DNA of 32,000 nucleotides from an uncultured Clostridia bacterium (lineage in GTDB: Bacteria; Bacillota; Clostridia; TANB77; CAG-508), in NCBI GenBank assembly GCA_934129745.1, contig CAKOWZ010000007.1, forward strand, positions 7,402 to 39,401, read 5' to 3'. This document shows positions 1 through 11,189 of the stretch, one piece after another. The notes under the pieces are model-generated. The model was given only the letters and a program-made list of their open reading frames with translations, did no database searches and was not told the DNA's origin. Every line of letters starts with the position of its first letter. Within the stretch, counting starts at the first letter, position 1. A program made the translations under genes and the position numbers.

Positions 1-217
1 TCTTTTTTTCCATAGTAATTTCTTTTACAGGTTCATAATTTTCTTTTACTGTAAGTTCAACTTTAACAACTCTTGGAGCTAATATATCAAAAAAACTTCT
101 TTTTCCTTCTTCTAAAACTTTTATATCAACCATATTTTTTGATACTTTTAGTTCTTTCAGTCCTTTTTCTATTGCCTCATTTGTTGTTTTTCCTTCAGAA
201 ACTATACTTTTAAGCAT
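1..217 (-). CDS. jag: Jag/KhpB (SpoIIIJ-associated RNA-binding protein), N-terminal part; continues past window start
   Basis: Reverse-strand ATG at 217-215 follows AAGGAGGA embedded in the yidC 3' end. Translation MLKSIVSEGKTTNEAIEKGLKELKVSKNMVDIKVLEEGKRSFFDILAPRVVKVELTV fits the Jag N-terminal domain pattern and the conserved yidC-jag order. Overlaps the yidC stop by 8 nt. Confidence 0.6.
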   Translation of the reverse strand, partial: MLKSIVSEGKTTNEAIEKGLKELKVSKNMVDIKVLEEGKRSFFDILAPRVVKVELTVKENYEPVKEITMEKK

Positions 218-1259
218 TCTTCTCATCCTCCTTATTATCCATTATTTTTTCGATAATAATTCTTTCACCAATCATTAATGCATTACTTATAAACCAATAT
301 AAAGCCAAGCCTAATGGTGCGATAAATGCAATTGAAACAGTCATAATCGGCATAACATATAACATACTTTTGTTCATTTGAGCTACTGTATCTAACTCGT
401 CTGGTTCTTTCTTGTCTTTACTGTCTTTATCTTGTTTTTTGCTTTGTGTTCTTGTATTTAATTTTATTGATACAAAAGAAGAAATTACATATAAAATCGG
501 AATAATATATACTTTATAATCATTTAAATTTTCACTTGGAACTTTGCTTAAATCTAAACCTATAAAGTCCATATTTATATTTAATTTTTCTAATAATTCT
601 TTTCTTTTTTCTAAATCTTCTTTAGATTCTTTTTGTTCAACCTCTTGTGAGTTTTTCCCAGAATTTTCACTATTTTCAGTGTTATCAGGTTCTTTTGTCT
701 CAGTATTTTCAGAATTATTGTTTAAATTATTATTTTCTTGATTTGTTTCATTTTTCAATTGTTCATTAATTTTATTATAATCATCTCTAATTCTTGCAAT
801 TGTAGCAATTTCTATATATCTTGTTTTATTATTGTTATCATTATTTATTTCATTTTTATATTCTTCAACAACATTTTTAAGTTCTGGATGACTATCATTA
901 GCTTTTTTCATGTATGTAAGTGGTTGACTTACCATGTAAAAAACAGATAAAATTATAACAATTTGTACAATTGCACTTAAACATCCACTAAATGGAGATA
1001 TTTTTTCTCTTTTATATAATTCCATTGTTTCTTTGTTTAACATTTCAGGGTTATTTTTATATTTTAACTGTAAAGTCTTTAATTGTCCCTGAATTTTATT
1101 TGTTTTTTTCATTGAACTCTGTTGTTTTATAGTGATTGGCAATAATATAATTCTAAGTAATATAGAAAACACAATTATTGCAAATCCAAAATTGTTATTT
1201 AAAATTTCATATAAGAAATTAAGTAAATAACCAAATATATTTGATATTAATCCAAACAT
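210..1259 (-). CDS. yidC: YidC/Oxa1-family membrane protein insertase with a long low-complexity cytoplasmic insertion
   Basis: 349-aa ORF. The N-terminus (FAIIVFSILLRIILLPITIKQQSSMKKTNKIQ) and C-terminal TM block (MLYVMPIMTVSIAFIAPLGLALYWFISN) are typical YidC. Synteny yidC-yidD-rnpA-rpmH. Confidence 0.9.
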   Translation of the reverse strand: MFGLISNIFGYLLNFLYEILNNNFGFAIIVFSILLRIILLPITIKQQSSMKKTNKIQGQLKTLQLKYKNNPEMLNKETMELYKREKISPFSGCLSAIVQIVIILSVFYMVSQPLTYMKKANDSHPELKNVVEEYKNEINNDNNNKTRYIEIATIARIRDDYNKINEQLKNETNQENNNLNNNSENTETKEPDNTENSENSGKNSQEVEQKESKEDLEKRKELLEKLNINMDFIGLDLSKVPSENLNDYKVYIIPILYVISSFVSIKLNTRTQSKKQDKDSKDKKEPDELDTVAQMNKSMLYVMPIMTVSIAFIAPLGLALYWFISNALMIGERIIIEKIMDNKEDEKNA

Positions 1260-1273
1260 TTAATTCCTCCTCT

Positions 1274-1492
1274 TTATTTTATAGGATCATATCCACCTTT
1301 TGAAAATGGATTACATTTTAAGATTCTTATTATTCCTAATAAACCCCCTTTTACAATTCCATATTTTTCAATGGCTTGTACCATGTATTCAGAACAAGTT
1401 GGATAATATTTACAATGTATTCCCACTGCTGAAAACATAGGAGAAATTATTTTTTTATATCCTTTTAATAAAAAAATTATTATTTTTTTCAT
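1274..1492 (-). CDS. yidD: Membrane protein insertion efficiency factor YidD
   Basis: 72-aa ORF with the YidD signature CKYYPTCSEY...NPFSKGGYDP; sits between rnpA and yidC. Confidence 0.9.
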   Translation of the reverse strand: MKKIIIFLLKGYKKIISPMFSAVGIHCKYYPTCSEYMVQAIEKYGIVKGGLLGIIRILKCNPFSKGGYDPIK

Positions 1493-1502
1493 ATATTTCC
1501 TT

Positions 1503-1844
1503 TTATTTTAGAATTTCTGCCTTTTTAAATATTTTAATCATTTCTTTTTGAATTTCATAAAAATCAGCTTTTTCTATATCAACATTTTTATTCCATAAAA
1601 AAACTATATTATTTCCTGTTAAAATTTTATTTTTTAGTAATCTATAATTTTCTCTAATTAGTCTTTTTGTGCGATTTCTCTTTACGGCTTTGCCGAATTT
1701 GGTATTTACAGCAATTCCAATAAAATTTTTTTCTTGTTTATTTTTTTTGATATAAATTGTCATGTATTTCCCGTGATAAAACTGACCTTTTGACAGAACA
1801 TATCTAAATTCATAATTTTTTTTTAAAGTATCTATTTTCTTCAT
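1503..1844 (-). CDS. rnpA: Ribonuclease P protein component
   Basis: 113-aa basic ORF (KAVKRNRTKRLIRE motif) immediately downstream of rpmH on the minus strand. Confidence 0.85.
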   Translation of the reverse strand: MKKIDTLKKNYEFRYVLSKGQFYHGKYMTIYIKKNKQEKNFIGIAVNTKFGKAVKRNRTKRLIRENYRLLKNKILTGNNIVFLWNKNVDIEKADFYEIQKEMIKIFKKAEILK

Positions 1845-1916
1845 AATTCACTCTTTTTATTTTTAATTTTTAAGAATAGGCGGATTTCGCTCCGCCCTAA
1901 TTAATTTGATGTTTTT

Positions 1917-1944
1917 AAGAAAAGCCACACTTTAATTTTGTGGC
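1917..1944 (-). terminator. Weak hairpin + T-run after rpmH (possible attenuator before rnpA)
   Basis: GCCACA (1924-1929) pairs with TGTGGC (1939-1944). On the minus strand it is followed by TTTTCTT. A second GC hairpin, GGCGGA/TCCGCC, lies at 1879-1896. Confidence 0.35.
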
Positions 1945-1951
1945 AAATTTC

Positions 1952-2086
1952 TTAAGCACATATTTTTTTTCTTCCCTTTGCACGTCTAGCTTTTAAAATG
2001 TTTCTTCCAGATCTTGTGCTCATTCTTTTTAAGAAACCGTGTTCTTTTTGTCTTTGTCTATTTTTTGGTTGGAATGTTCTTTTCAT
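1952..2086 (-). CDS. rpmH: 50S ribosomal protein L34
   Basis: Hand translation of the minus strand gives [44 protein letters not shown] (44 aa). It is below the ORF-track length cut-off. Confidence 0.9.
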   Translation of the reverse strand: MKRTFQPKNRQRQKEHGFLKRMSTRSGRNILKARRAKGRKKICA

Positions 2087-2346
2087 CTTATTTTGCACCT
2101 CCCTATGCGCTTTTTATAAATAACCATAATCGGAATATTTCAAAAAATTTTGTTAACGTTTCAATTATACAACAGGATTTGCCATTATGTCAATAGAAAA
2201 AATGAAAAAATAATGTTTCATTTTATTAATTTATTTTTCTTTTTCTATTGACTAAAAGATGTGGTTTTGATATGATAAACAAATAATAGGGCTGTATGGA
2301 TTTGCGCCATTATTTTATGACATTTTTCGACAGTTTTTTAAAAAAG

Positions 2347-2398
2347 TTATCCACAGTTGTGGACATTTATCAACATATGTGGATAACTCTGTGGATAA
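2347..2398. promoter_or_regulatory. DnaA-box cluster upstream of dnaA (oriC part 1 / dnaA autoregulation)
   Basis: Perfect TTATCCACA at 2347-2355; perfect TGTGGATAA at 2378-2386 and 2390-2398; degenerate TGTGGACAT at 2358-2366. Confidence 0.8.
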
Positions 2399-2443
2399 CT
2401 CATACACCCCAGTTATTTCAAGTATTTCGGAGGACAGGTAAAA

Positions 2444-3784
2444 ATGCAAAATGAAGCAAATGAACTTTTAACAAAAGCAAAAGAACTTTTAAAAAATGAA
2501 ACAACAAAAATATCTTATGAAACATGGATAAAAAATCTTGAAATAAAAACTGCAGATAATGGTAATATTATTCTAGTTGCTTCTTCTAGTTTCCAGAAGG
2601 AAGCAATTTATTCACGTTATCATGACTTATTAATAAATACTTTTAATTATATTACTAATAAGGACTGCAATGTTTCTATTATTTCAAAAGACGAAATGGA
2701 ATCTGATGATTCTATGTCTTCAGATTTTGGCTCTAATTTGGGTAATTCTAACCCAACATTAAATCCCAAATATACTTTTGATACATTTGTTGTTGGTAAT
2801 AATAATAGATTTGCACATGCTGCTGCATTAGCAGTTGCTGAAGCTCCTGCTACATCATATAATCCTTTGTTTTTATATGGTGGAGTTGGTCTTGGAAAAA
2901 CACACTTAATGCATGCAATTGGTAATTCTATTTTAAGAAAAAATAAAGATGCTAATATTCTATATGTTACATCTGAAAAATTTACAAATCAATTAATTAA
3001 CTCAATTAAAGACAATAGTAATGAACAATTCAGAAATAAACATAGAAATATTGATGTTTTATTAATTGATGATATTCAATTTATTGCTGGAAAAGAACGT
3101 GTTCAAGAAGAATTTTTCCATACTTTTAATGCTTTACATGAAAGTGGAAAACAGATTATTCTTTCTAGTGATAGGCCACCTAAAGATATTCAATTATTAG
3201 AGGACAGGCTAAAATCAAGGTTTGAATGGGGTCTTATTGCAGATATTCAAAGTCCAGATTATGAAACCCGTCTAGCTATTTTGAGAAAAAAAGCACAATT
3301 AGACAATATTAATATTGATGATGAAATTCTTTCTAATATTGCAAATAAAATTGACACAAATATTAGAGAATTAGAAGGTACTTTAAATAAATTAATAGCA
3401 AAAGCATCATTAACAAATAGTCCTATTACTGCTGAAATGGCAGAAAAAGCAATTAATGATATTATTGCTCAACAAGAAAAAGTATTTTCTGCAGAATTTG
3501 TTCAAGAAACAGTTGCAAAATATTTCAATATTGATGCAAAAGATATTAGAGGTTCAAAAAGAAATAATGAAGTTGCTTTTCCTAGACAAATTGCTATGTA
3601 TCTTTGTAGAAAAGTTGCTCAAATGTCTTTACCTCAAATTGGAAAAGATTTTGGAAAAAGAGATCATACAACTGTAATGCATGCTTGTACTAAAATTGAA
3701 CAAGAGATAAAAGAGAATTTAAATACAAAATTGATTGTTGAAAGTGTTGAAAGCTTATTATTAGCTGACAATAAAAATGATTAA
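2444..3784 (+). CDS. dnaA: Chromosomal replication initiator DnaA
   Basis: 446 aa with Walker A GGVGLGKTHL, the IDDIQF box and the C-terminal DNA-binding signature RDHTTVMHA. GGAGGA lies 9 nt upstream of the ATG. Confidence 0.97.
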   Translation: MQNEANELLTKAKELLKNETTKISYETWIKNLEIKTADNGNIILVASSSFQKEAIYSRYHDLLINTFNYITNKDCNVSIISKDEMESDDSMSSDFGSNLGNSNPTLNPKYTFDTFVVGNNNRFAHAAALAVAEAPATSYNPLFLYGGVGLGKTHLMHAIGNSILRKNKDANILYVTSEKFTNQLINSIKDNSNEQFRNKHRNIDVLLIDDIQFIAGKERVQEEFFHTFNALHESGKQIILSSDRPPKDIQLLEDRLKSRFEWGLIADIQSPDYETRLAILRKKAQLDNINIDDEILSNIANKIDTNIRELEGTLNKLIAKASLTNSPITAEMAEKAINDIIAQQEKVFSAEFVQETVAKYFNIDAKDIRGSKRNNEVAFPRQIAMYLCRKVAQMSLPQIGKDFGKRDHTTVMHACTKIEQEIKENLNTKLIVESVESLLLADNKND

Positions 3785-3919
3785 TTTAATTTTGATATAG
3801 TAACAAGTGTTTTTTATTAAATTTTTAATTTTAATTAAATAAATTTTAAAATTTTGATAAAAAATATTGTGAAAATTTATGAGGATAATTATAAAAAATT
3901 TTGTGCAATGTTTTTTGAA

Positions 3920-4252
3920 TAATCCACAAAGTTATCCACATATTTATGTAAAACTGTGGATAACTTATACCGAACGCTGTATCTATATTGATTTCAGTTA
4001 AAACGACATTTTTCGACACGTTTTGTTTGGCGATTTTATGTTTGCTTTCGTGGCTTGTACTCCTTTTGTACCAACAGATTCAAGAGTTATCCACAGGGGG
4101 GTGTGGATAACGTGTGGATAAAATGTGGATAACTCAGTTATCCACAGGGTTACATAAAAAATGTGGATAACTTTCAAAGTTATCCACAGAGTTATCCACA
4201 TCGGAACTCTTACGGGCACAAGGGTTTGACATAGTTATCCACATAATCCACA
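3920..4252. other. oriC part 2: dense DnaA-box cluster between dnaA and dnaN
   Basis: 11 perfect 9-mers (TTATCCACA/TGTGGATAA) start at 3932, 3955, 4087, 4102, 4113, 4124, 4138, 4162, 4180, 4192 and 4235. Two TAATCCACA variants start at 3920 and 4244. Confidence 0.9.
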
Positions 4253-4305
4253 GGACCTACTACTACTACTACTAATATATATTATATTATATATATAATA
4301 TATAG
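4251..4305. other. GC cluster + DnaA-trio run + AT-only DNA unwinding element
   Basis: CAGGACC (4251-4257) is followed by six CTA trinucleotides (4257-4274, i.e. TAC x5). Then comes TATATATTATATTATATATATAATATATA, directly after the last DnaA boxes. This is the same order as the B. subtilis basal unwinding system. Confidence 0.7.
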
Positions 4306-4404
4306 AGTAGAAATTTCAAAAAAATGAAAATTAAAAATGAATTAAATCATCAATTATTTTTAAATTATAAAATTTTAACTAAAATGAAAGGAATGTGATT
4401 AATC

Positions 4405-5520
4405 ATGAAAATAATTTGTGATAAAGACAAAATACTTAAAGCTATTAATTCCGTAACTAAAGCGGTAGCTTCTAAAACAACAATGCCTATATTGGAAGGT
4501 ATATTAATTCAAACAAATGATAAAGAAGTAAAATTAACTACTTATGATTTAGAAATTGGAATAGAATATATTATTGAAGCAGAAATTGAAGAACAAGGAG
4601 CAACAGTTGTTAATGCAATAATGTTTAGTGAAATTATAAGAAAACTTCCAGATACAGAAATAAAAATTTATATTAATGAAAACAATTTATTAGTAATTGA
4701 ATGTGAAGGTTCTTTATATAAATTAGCAACTATGAATCCAAATGAATTTCCAGAATTGCCACAAATAAATGTTGAAAATACTATTGAATTAGAACAAAAT
4801 GCTTTAAAAGAGATGATTAGAAAAACAATATTTGCAGTAAGTACTGAAGAAAATAGACCTATTTTTACAGGTTGTTTATTTGAAGTTGTAGATAATAAAT
4901 TAAACTTAGTTGCTGTTGATGGATTTAGATTAGCTTGGAAAAGTAAATATTTACAAACTAAAGTAAATAATTTTTCAGCAGTAATTCCTGGAAGAACATT
5001 AAATGAAATTAATAAAATTATTTTAGACAATTTTGATATGATAAAAATAGGAATTGCTAAAAATCAAGCTTTATTTGAAATGGAAAATTGTAAAATTGTG
5101 ACAAGATTATTAGATGGAGAATTTTTGAATTATTCTAATGTAATACCAAGTATGTGGGATACAAGAATTAGAGTTAATAAAAATATTATGCAAAATTGTT
5201 TTGAGAGAGTAAGTTTAATTTCTTCTTCAAGTATTGAAAAAGAGAAAAAATATCCAGTAAAAGTTTCTATTGATATTGGGAAGGTTGTTATTTCTTGTAC
5301 AAATCAAACTGGAGATGCTAAAGAAGAAATGTTTGTTTCAACAGAAGGAAAAAATCTAGAAGCTGGATTTAATCCAAAATATTTTTTAGATGCTTTTAGA
5401 GCAATTGATGATGAAGAAGTATTTATTGACTTTGGTACAAGTATTTCTCCATGTATTATTAGACCTGTTGATAATGGAGATTATATTTATATGATTTTAC
5501 CTATAAGAATGAAAGATTAG
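4405..5520 (+). CDS. dnaN: DNA polymerase III beta sliding clamp
   Basis: 371-aa ORF at the canonical position after dnaA/oriC, with clamp-like sequence throughout (MPILEGILIQ..., LLDGEFLNY, GFNPKYFLDA). Confidence 0.97.
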   Translation: MKIICDKDKILKAINSVTKAVASKTTMPILEGILIQTNDKEVKLTTYDLEIGIEYIIEAEIEEQGATVVNAIMFSEIIRKLPDTEIKIYINENNLLVIECEGSLYKLATMNPNEFPELPQINVENTIELEQNALKEMIRKTIFAVSTEENRPIFTGCLFEVVDNKLNLVAVDGFRLAWKSKYLQTKVNNFSAVIPGRTLNEINKIILDNFDMIKIGIAKNQALFEMENCKIVTRLLDGEFLNYSNVIPSMWDTRIRVNKNIMQNCFERVSLISSSSIEKEKKYPVKVSIDIGKVVISCTNQTGDAKEEMFVSTEGKNLEAGFNPKYFLDAFRAIDDEEVFIDFGTSISPCIIRPVDNGDYIYMILPIRMKD

Positions 5521-5537
5521 TGGATAAGTTATCCACA
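5519..5537. promoter_or_regulatory. Inverted pair of DnaA boxes in the 30-nt dnaN-recF spacer
   Basis: AGTGGATAA (5519-5527, 1 mismatch) and perfect TTATCCACA (5529-5537) overlap the dnaN stop and lie just 5' of the recF RBS. Confidence 0.6.
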
Positions 5538-5550
5538 GATAAGGAACAAT

Positions 5551-6615
5551 ATGTTGATAACTAATTTGAAAATTCAGAATTTTAGAAATTATAATGAATT
5601 AAATTTGGATTTTAATAATGGAATTAATGTAATATATGGGAATAATGCACAAGGAAAAACTAATATTTTAGAGGCTATTTTTCTTACTTCAATTGGAAAA
5701 TCTTTTAGAACAAATAAAGATAAAGAATTAATAAAAATGGGAGAAGATTTTGCTAAAATAGAAGTTGAATTTTCAAAGTCAGATAGAAATGGATCTATCA
5801 AAATTGAAATTTCTGATAAAAAAAATGTTTATTTAAATGGGGTAAAAATAAAAAAATTAAGTGAATTATTAGGAAATATGAATATTGTTATTTTTACTCC
5901 TGATGATATTAATATTTTAAAAAGTGGTCCTGCTCAAAGACGTAGGTTTTTGGATATTTTTATTAGTCAATTACGTCCAAATTATGTGTATTGTTTAAAT
6001 TTGTATTTAAAAGCTTTAGAACAAAAAAATAATTATTTAAAGCAAATTAAATTTGAAAATAAGTCAGAAGATTTTTTAGATATTTGGGATGAAAAACTTG
6101 CTGATTATGCAGAAAGGGTTTTTAAATACAGATTTGAATTTATTGAAAAATTAAAAAATAAAATAAAAGATGTACATAGTATTATTACAGAAAATAATGA
6201 AAACATTGAGATTGAATATGTTACTGATTTTACTAATAAAAATGAATTTTTGAATAAATTAAAAAATAATAGAAAATTAGATATTAGTAAAGGTTATTCA
6301 GGTAAAGGTGTTCATAGAGATGATTTTAATATTTATATAAATAAAAATTTAGTAAATATTTATGGGTCACAAGGGCAACATAGAACTGCTATTTTATCTT
6401 TAAAAATGGCTGAATTAAAAGTGATTTATGATGAAATTGGAGAAAATCCTATTTTATTATTAGATGATTTTATGTCTGAATTAGATGAAAAAAGAAGAAT
6501 TAATTTTCTTAGTAATATTAAGGATACACAAGTTTTAATAACATGTACTGATAAATTTGTACTTGAAAAAAATAAATTTAAATTATATAATGTAAAAAAT
6601 GGAAAAATTATTTGA
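5551..6615 (+). CDS. recF: DNA replication and repair protein RecF
   Basis: 354 aa with Walker A GNNAQGKTNILEA, the signature SQGQHRT and Walker B ILLLDDFMSELD. It ends with TGA. Confidence 0.95.
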   Translation: MLITNLKIQNFRNYNELNLDFNNGINVIYGNNAQGKTNILEAIFLTSIGKSFRTNKDKELIKMGEDFAKIEVEFSKSDRNGSIKIEISDKKNVYLNGVKIKKLSELLGNMNIVIFTPDDINILKSGPAQRRRFLDIFISQLRPNYVYCLNLYLKALEQKNNYLKQIKFENKSEDFLDIWDEKLADYAERVFKYRFEFIEKLKNKIKDVHSIITENNENIEIEYVTDFTNKNEFLNKLKNNRKLDISKGYSGKGVHRDDFNIYINKNLVNIYGSQGQHRTAILSLKMAELKVIYDEIGENPILLLDDFMSELDEKRRINFLSNIKDTQVLITCTDKFVLEKNKFKLYNVKNGKII

Positions 6616-6830
6616 TATTTATATTATAAATATTTATTATAATAATTTAAAATAATTATTTTATTGTTTTTTTATTATAATAAATAAAATATGTTTTATT
6701 ATAATTTTATAAATAAATATTAAATTAATAAAATATTAAAAATATTTTTAAATTATTTTTTTAATAAAATAATATATAAAAAAAAAATAATAAAAATAAT
6801 TAAAATTAATAAATAAAATATTAATTTTAA

Positions 6831-8783
<1,953 letters not shown>

Positions 8784-8861
8784 TTTTATAAATAAATTAT
8801 TATTTTATTAATTTATTATTATGTTTTTTAATTTAATAAAATAATGTAAATAATTGTAAAT

Positions 8862-8903
8862 AATTCGAGGTATAATATATTAAAATATATTATACCTCGA
8901 ATT
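8862..8903. repeat. 42-bp perfect palindrome downstream of gyrB
   Basis: AATTCGAGGTATAATATAT (8862-8880) and its exact reverse complement (8885-8903) are separated by TAAA. No U-run follows. Confidence 0.9.
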
Positions 8904-9578
8904 ATCGTATAAAGCTAATATTAATCTTCAGCTAAAACCAATATACATAGAGTATAACCTAATATATATTGCTATATAAATAAGCTAGTTACCACATATA
9001 TTAATCAGTTGCTTGACTATAAATACACAATTAATAGCTAAATTCATCCAGACAGGGGACTATTATTAACCATTAGGATATATAAGAATAATCGTAACTC
9101 GAATATAATACCTATAATTTAACCATATAATTTATTAAGTTATATAGCTTACATACAAACATTATACTCTTCATCTCCGCAAAATACCAACCTAATTTTA
9201 TTAAGCCAATATTCAACTTTGACCAAACATTAAAAATCGTATAAACTTTTAATGCTCTTGGTTAAACTAATATTAACCTTATAGTATTATTATAATCAAT
9301 ATTATTTTTTTTATACAAAAAATTTAAAAAAATAAATATATTTAATAAAAGTAATATTAAAATAAATGTATAGATAAATATTATAAAAAAACAAAATATG
9401 AAATAATGTAAAAAAAAAAATAAAAATATTTTTTGATTAATTCAAAATGTAAAAAAGTAAAATAAATTTGTACAATTTTGTGTGAAATATTTTTTTAAAA
9501 TTTAGTTTAGAAAAAATAATAAAGTATTTATCTGACAACCAACAAAAATAATTAAATAAAGCTAAAAAATAAAATGAA

Positions 9579-9628
9579 ATGTCGAATTATGTCGAAATAT
9601 GTCATATTGTGTCAAAATGTGACGAACG
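9579..9628 (+). repeat. Five tandem 10-bp direct repeats (iteron-like, one helical turn apart)
   Basis: ATGTCGAATT / ATGTCGAAAT / ATGTCATATT / GTGTCAAAAT / GTGACGAACG, starting at 9579, 9589, 9599, 9609 and 9619. Confidence 0.8.
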
Positions 9629-9635
9629 AAAATCC

Positions 9636-9664
9636 TTGACATTTCAATAAAAATATGCAAAAAT
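9636..9664 (+). promoter_or_regulatory. Candidate promoter for the island genes
   Basis: Perfect TTGACA at 9636-9641, a 17-nt spacer, then a weak -10 AAAAAT at 9659-9664, immediately after the iteron array. Confidence 0.4.
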
Positions 9665-9703
9665 ATAGACATGAAAAATGAAGGTAAAAAGAAAGGTAGG
9701 TGA

Positions 9704-10267
9704 CAAAAAGTTTTTAGTAAAAATATTTCTGTTCAAGAATGGCTTCCGATACAACAAATATTTGATAATGGAATTATAAAATTAAAAAATGAAAACTATA
9801 TTAAAATAATACAAATAATACCAATAAATTTTAATTTGAAATCACAGCTAGAAAAAGAAGCTATATTAAATTCTTATAAAATTTTTTTAAAAACGTGTAA
9901 TTTTGATTTACAAATTTTAGTTCAGAGTAACAAAGAGGATTTATCTCATCATATTTCTAATATAAAAAATTCCACAAAAAAAGAAAATAAAAAATTAAAA
10001 GAAATTTCAGAAGAATATATTAAATATTTAAATCAATTAAATACAAAGAAAAAATCTGCAACAAAAAATTTTTATATAATTATAAGAAAAGAAAAAAATA
10101 ATATTAATAATAATGAAAATAATATTTTTGAAGAATTAAATGATAATTATTTAAAAATAAAAGATTCAATAACAAGATGTGGCAATATAGCAATTGACAT
10201 TAATAGCAGAGAACAATGTAAAAAGGTTTTATTTTCATTTTTCTATCCAAAAAGAGTGCTAAATTAG
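9704..10267 (+). CDS. VirB4/TrsE/ConE (Tn916 Orf16-like) conjugation ATPase, N-terminal domain piece
   Basis: The open frame from 9704 reads KVFSKNISVQEWLPIQQIFDNGIIKLKNENYIKIIQIIPINFNLKSQLEKEAILNSYKIFLKTCNFDLQILVQS, which is the N-terminal pattern of Gram-positive VirB4 homologues. No ATG/GTG/TTG occurs before 9836. An in-frame ATG(9671)...TGA(9701) lies upstream. Confidence 0.65.
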   Translation, partial: QKVFSKNISVQEWLPIQQIFDNGIIKLKNENYIKIIQIIPINFNLKSQLEKEAILNSYKIFLKTCNFDLQILVQSNKEDLSHHISNIKNSTKKENKKLKEISEEYIKYLNQLNTKKKSATKNFYIIIRKEKNNINNNENNIFEELNDNYLKIKDSITRCGNIAIDINSREQCKKVLFSFFYPKRVLN

Positions 10268-10274
10268 GAGGTGA

Positions 10275-11189
10275 TTATTAATAAAACAAAATAGTGAAAA
10301 TATTAATTTCATAAATGGAGTTTATTCTGAGAAAGATCAATTTTCACCAGGATATATAAATTTGACAAATCCAAAATATTTTGAAATGGATGGTACATAT
10401 TATTCTTGTTTAATAATAACAGATTATGGAAGGGAAAATTTTGATTTATTATTAAAAAGTATAATAGATACTAATATTGATATTAATATTTCTTTTTTTT
10501 ATGAAAAACAAGATAAATATAAAACAATAAAAGATTTAACTTATCATATTGGAAATGTTGGATCTGATTTAAAAGGGTTTAATGAAAATAGACAGGATAT
10601 TGATATTGCAGCTTTTACATACAATGATGCAAAATACATAAGAAAAGAAATACAAATTAATAATGAGGATTTATATTTTTTATATGTTTATATTAATGTT
10701 TTTTCAAAAGATAAAAAAGAACTAGAATATGTCTTAAATAAAATTGAGGGAATATTACAAAGTAAAAATATGCAAACAAAAAGAGCATATTTTAGGCAAG
10801 AACAAGGTGTTGTGGCATGTTTCCCTTTTATGGAAAATTCCAAATATATCAAAGAAATTGCAAGAAGAAATGTTTTAACAAATGGATTAGTTGGAACCTA
10901 TCCATTTATATCATCATCAATTTTTGATGATAATGGAATTTTAATTGGTACTAATATTTATAATAATTCATTGGTTTTTGTTGATAGATATAATAATAAA
11001 TATAAAAATGCAAATATGTGTGTTTTTGGAACAAGTGGTGCTGGGAAATCTTTTTATACGAAATTATTAATACTAAGGTATAGACTTCTTGGAATTAATC
11101 AATACATTATTGATCCAGAAAGAGAATATTTAGATTTGTGTGAAAATCTTGGTGGTACAATTTTCAAAATTGGACCAAATTCTCGGTAA
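10275..11189 (+). pseudogene. VirB4-like ATPase, central piece with Walker A (frame interrupted at about 11184)
   Basis: The frame opens at 10275, after the stop of the previous piece. It contains FSPGYINL...YFEMDGTYYSCLIITDY and Walker A FGTSGAGKSF...IIDPEREY. It stops at 11189 inside a conserved block. Confidence 0.8.

Noticed and set aside
2014-2196. 60-aa plus-strand ORF
   Set aside because: It is antisense to rpmH (1952-2086), which has an unmistakable L34 translation. The ORF has no RBS.
3998-4219. 73-aa minus-strand ORF with the repeating peptide WITLWITL
   Set aside because: It is an artefact of translating the tandem TGTGGATAA/TTATCCACA DnaA boxes in oriC. It has no RBS and lies entirely in the origin.
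9574-9639. 21-codon ORF (MKCRIMSKYVILCQNVTNENP) running through the iteron array
   Set aside because: It has no RBS, and its 10-nt periodicity is incompatible with codon periodicity. The repeat itself explains the open frame.
9701-9703. In-frame TGA inside the VirB4-like reading frame as evidence for TGA recoding (code 4/25)
   Set aside because: recF terminates with TGA, and all housekeeping ORFs are intact under the standard code with no internal TGA. The TGA here is a nonsense codon or the stop of a leader ORF.
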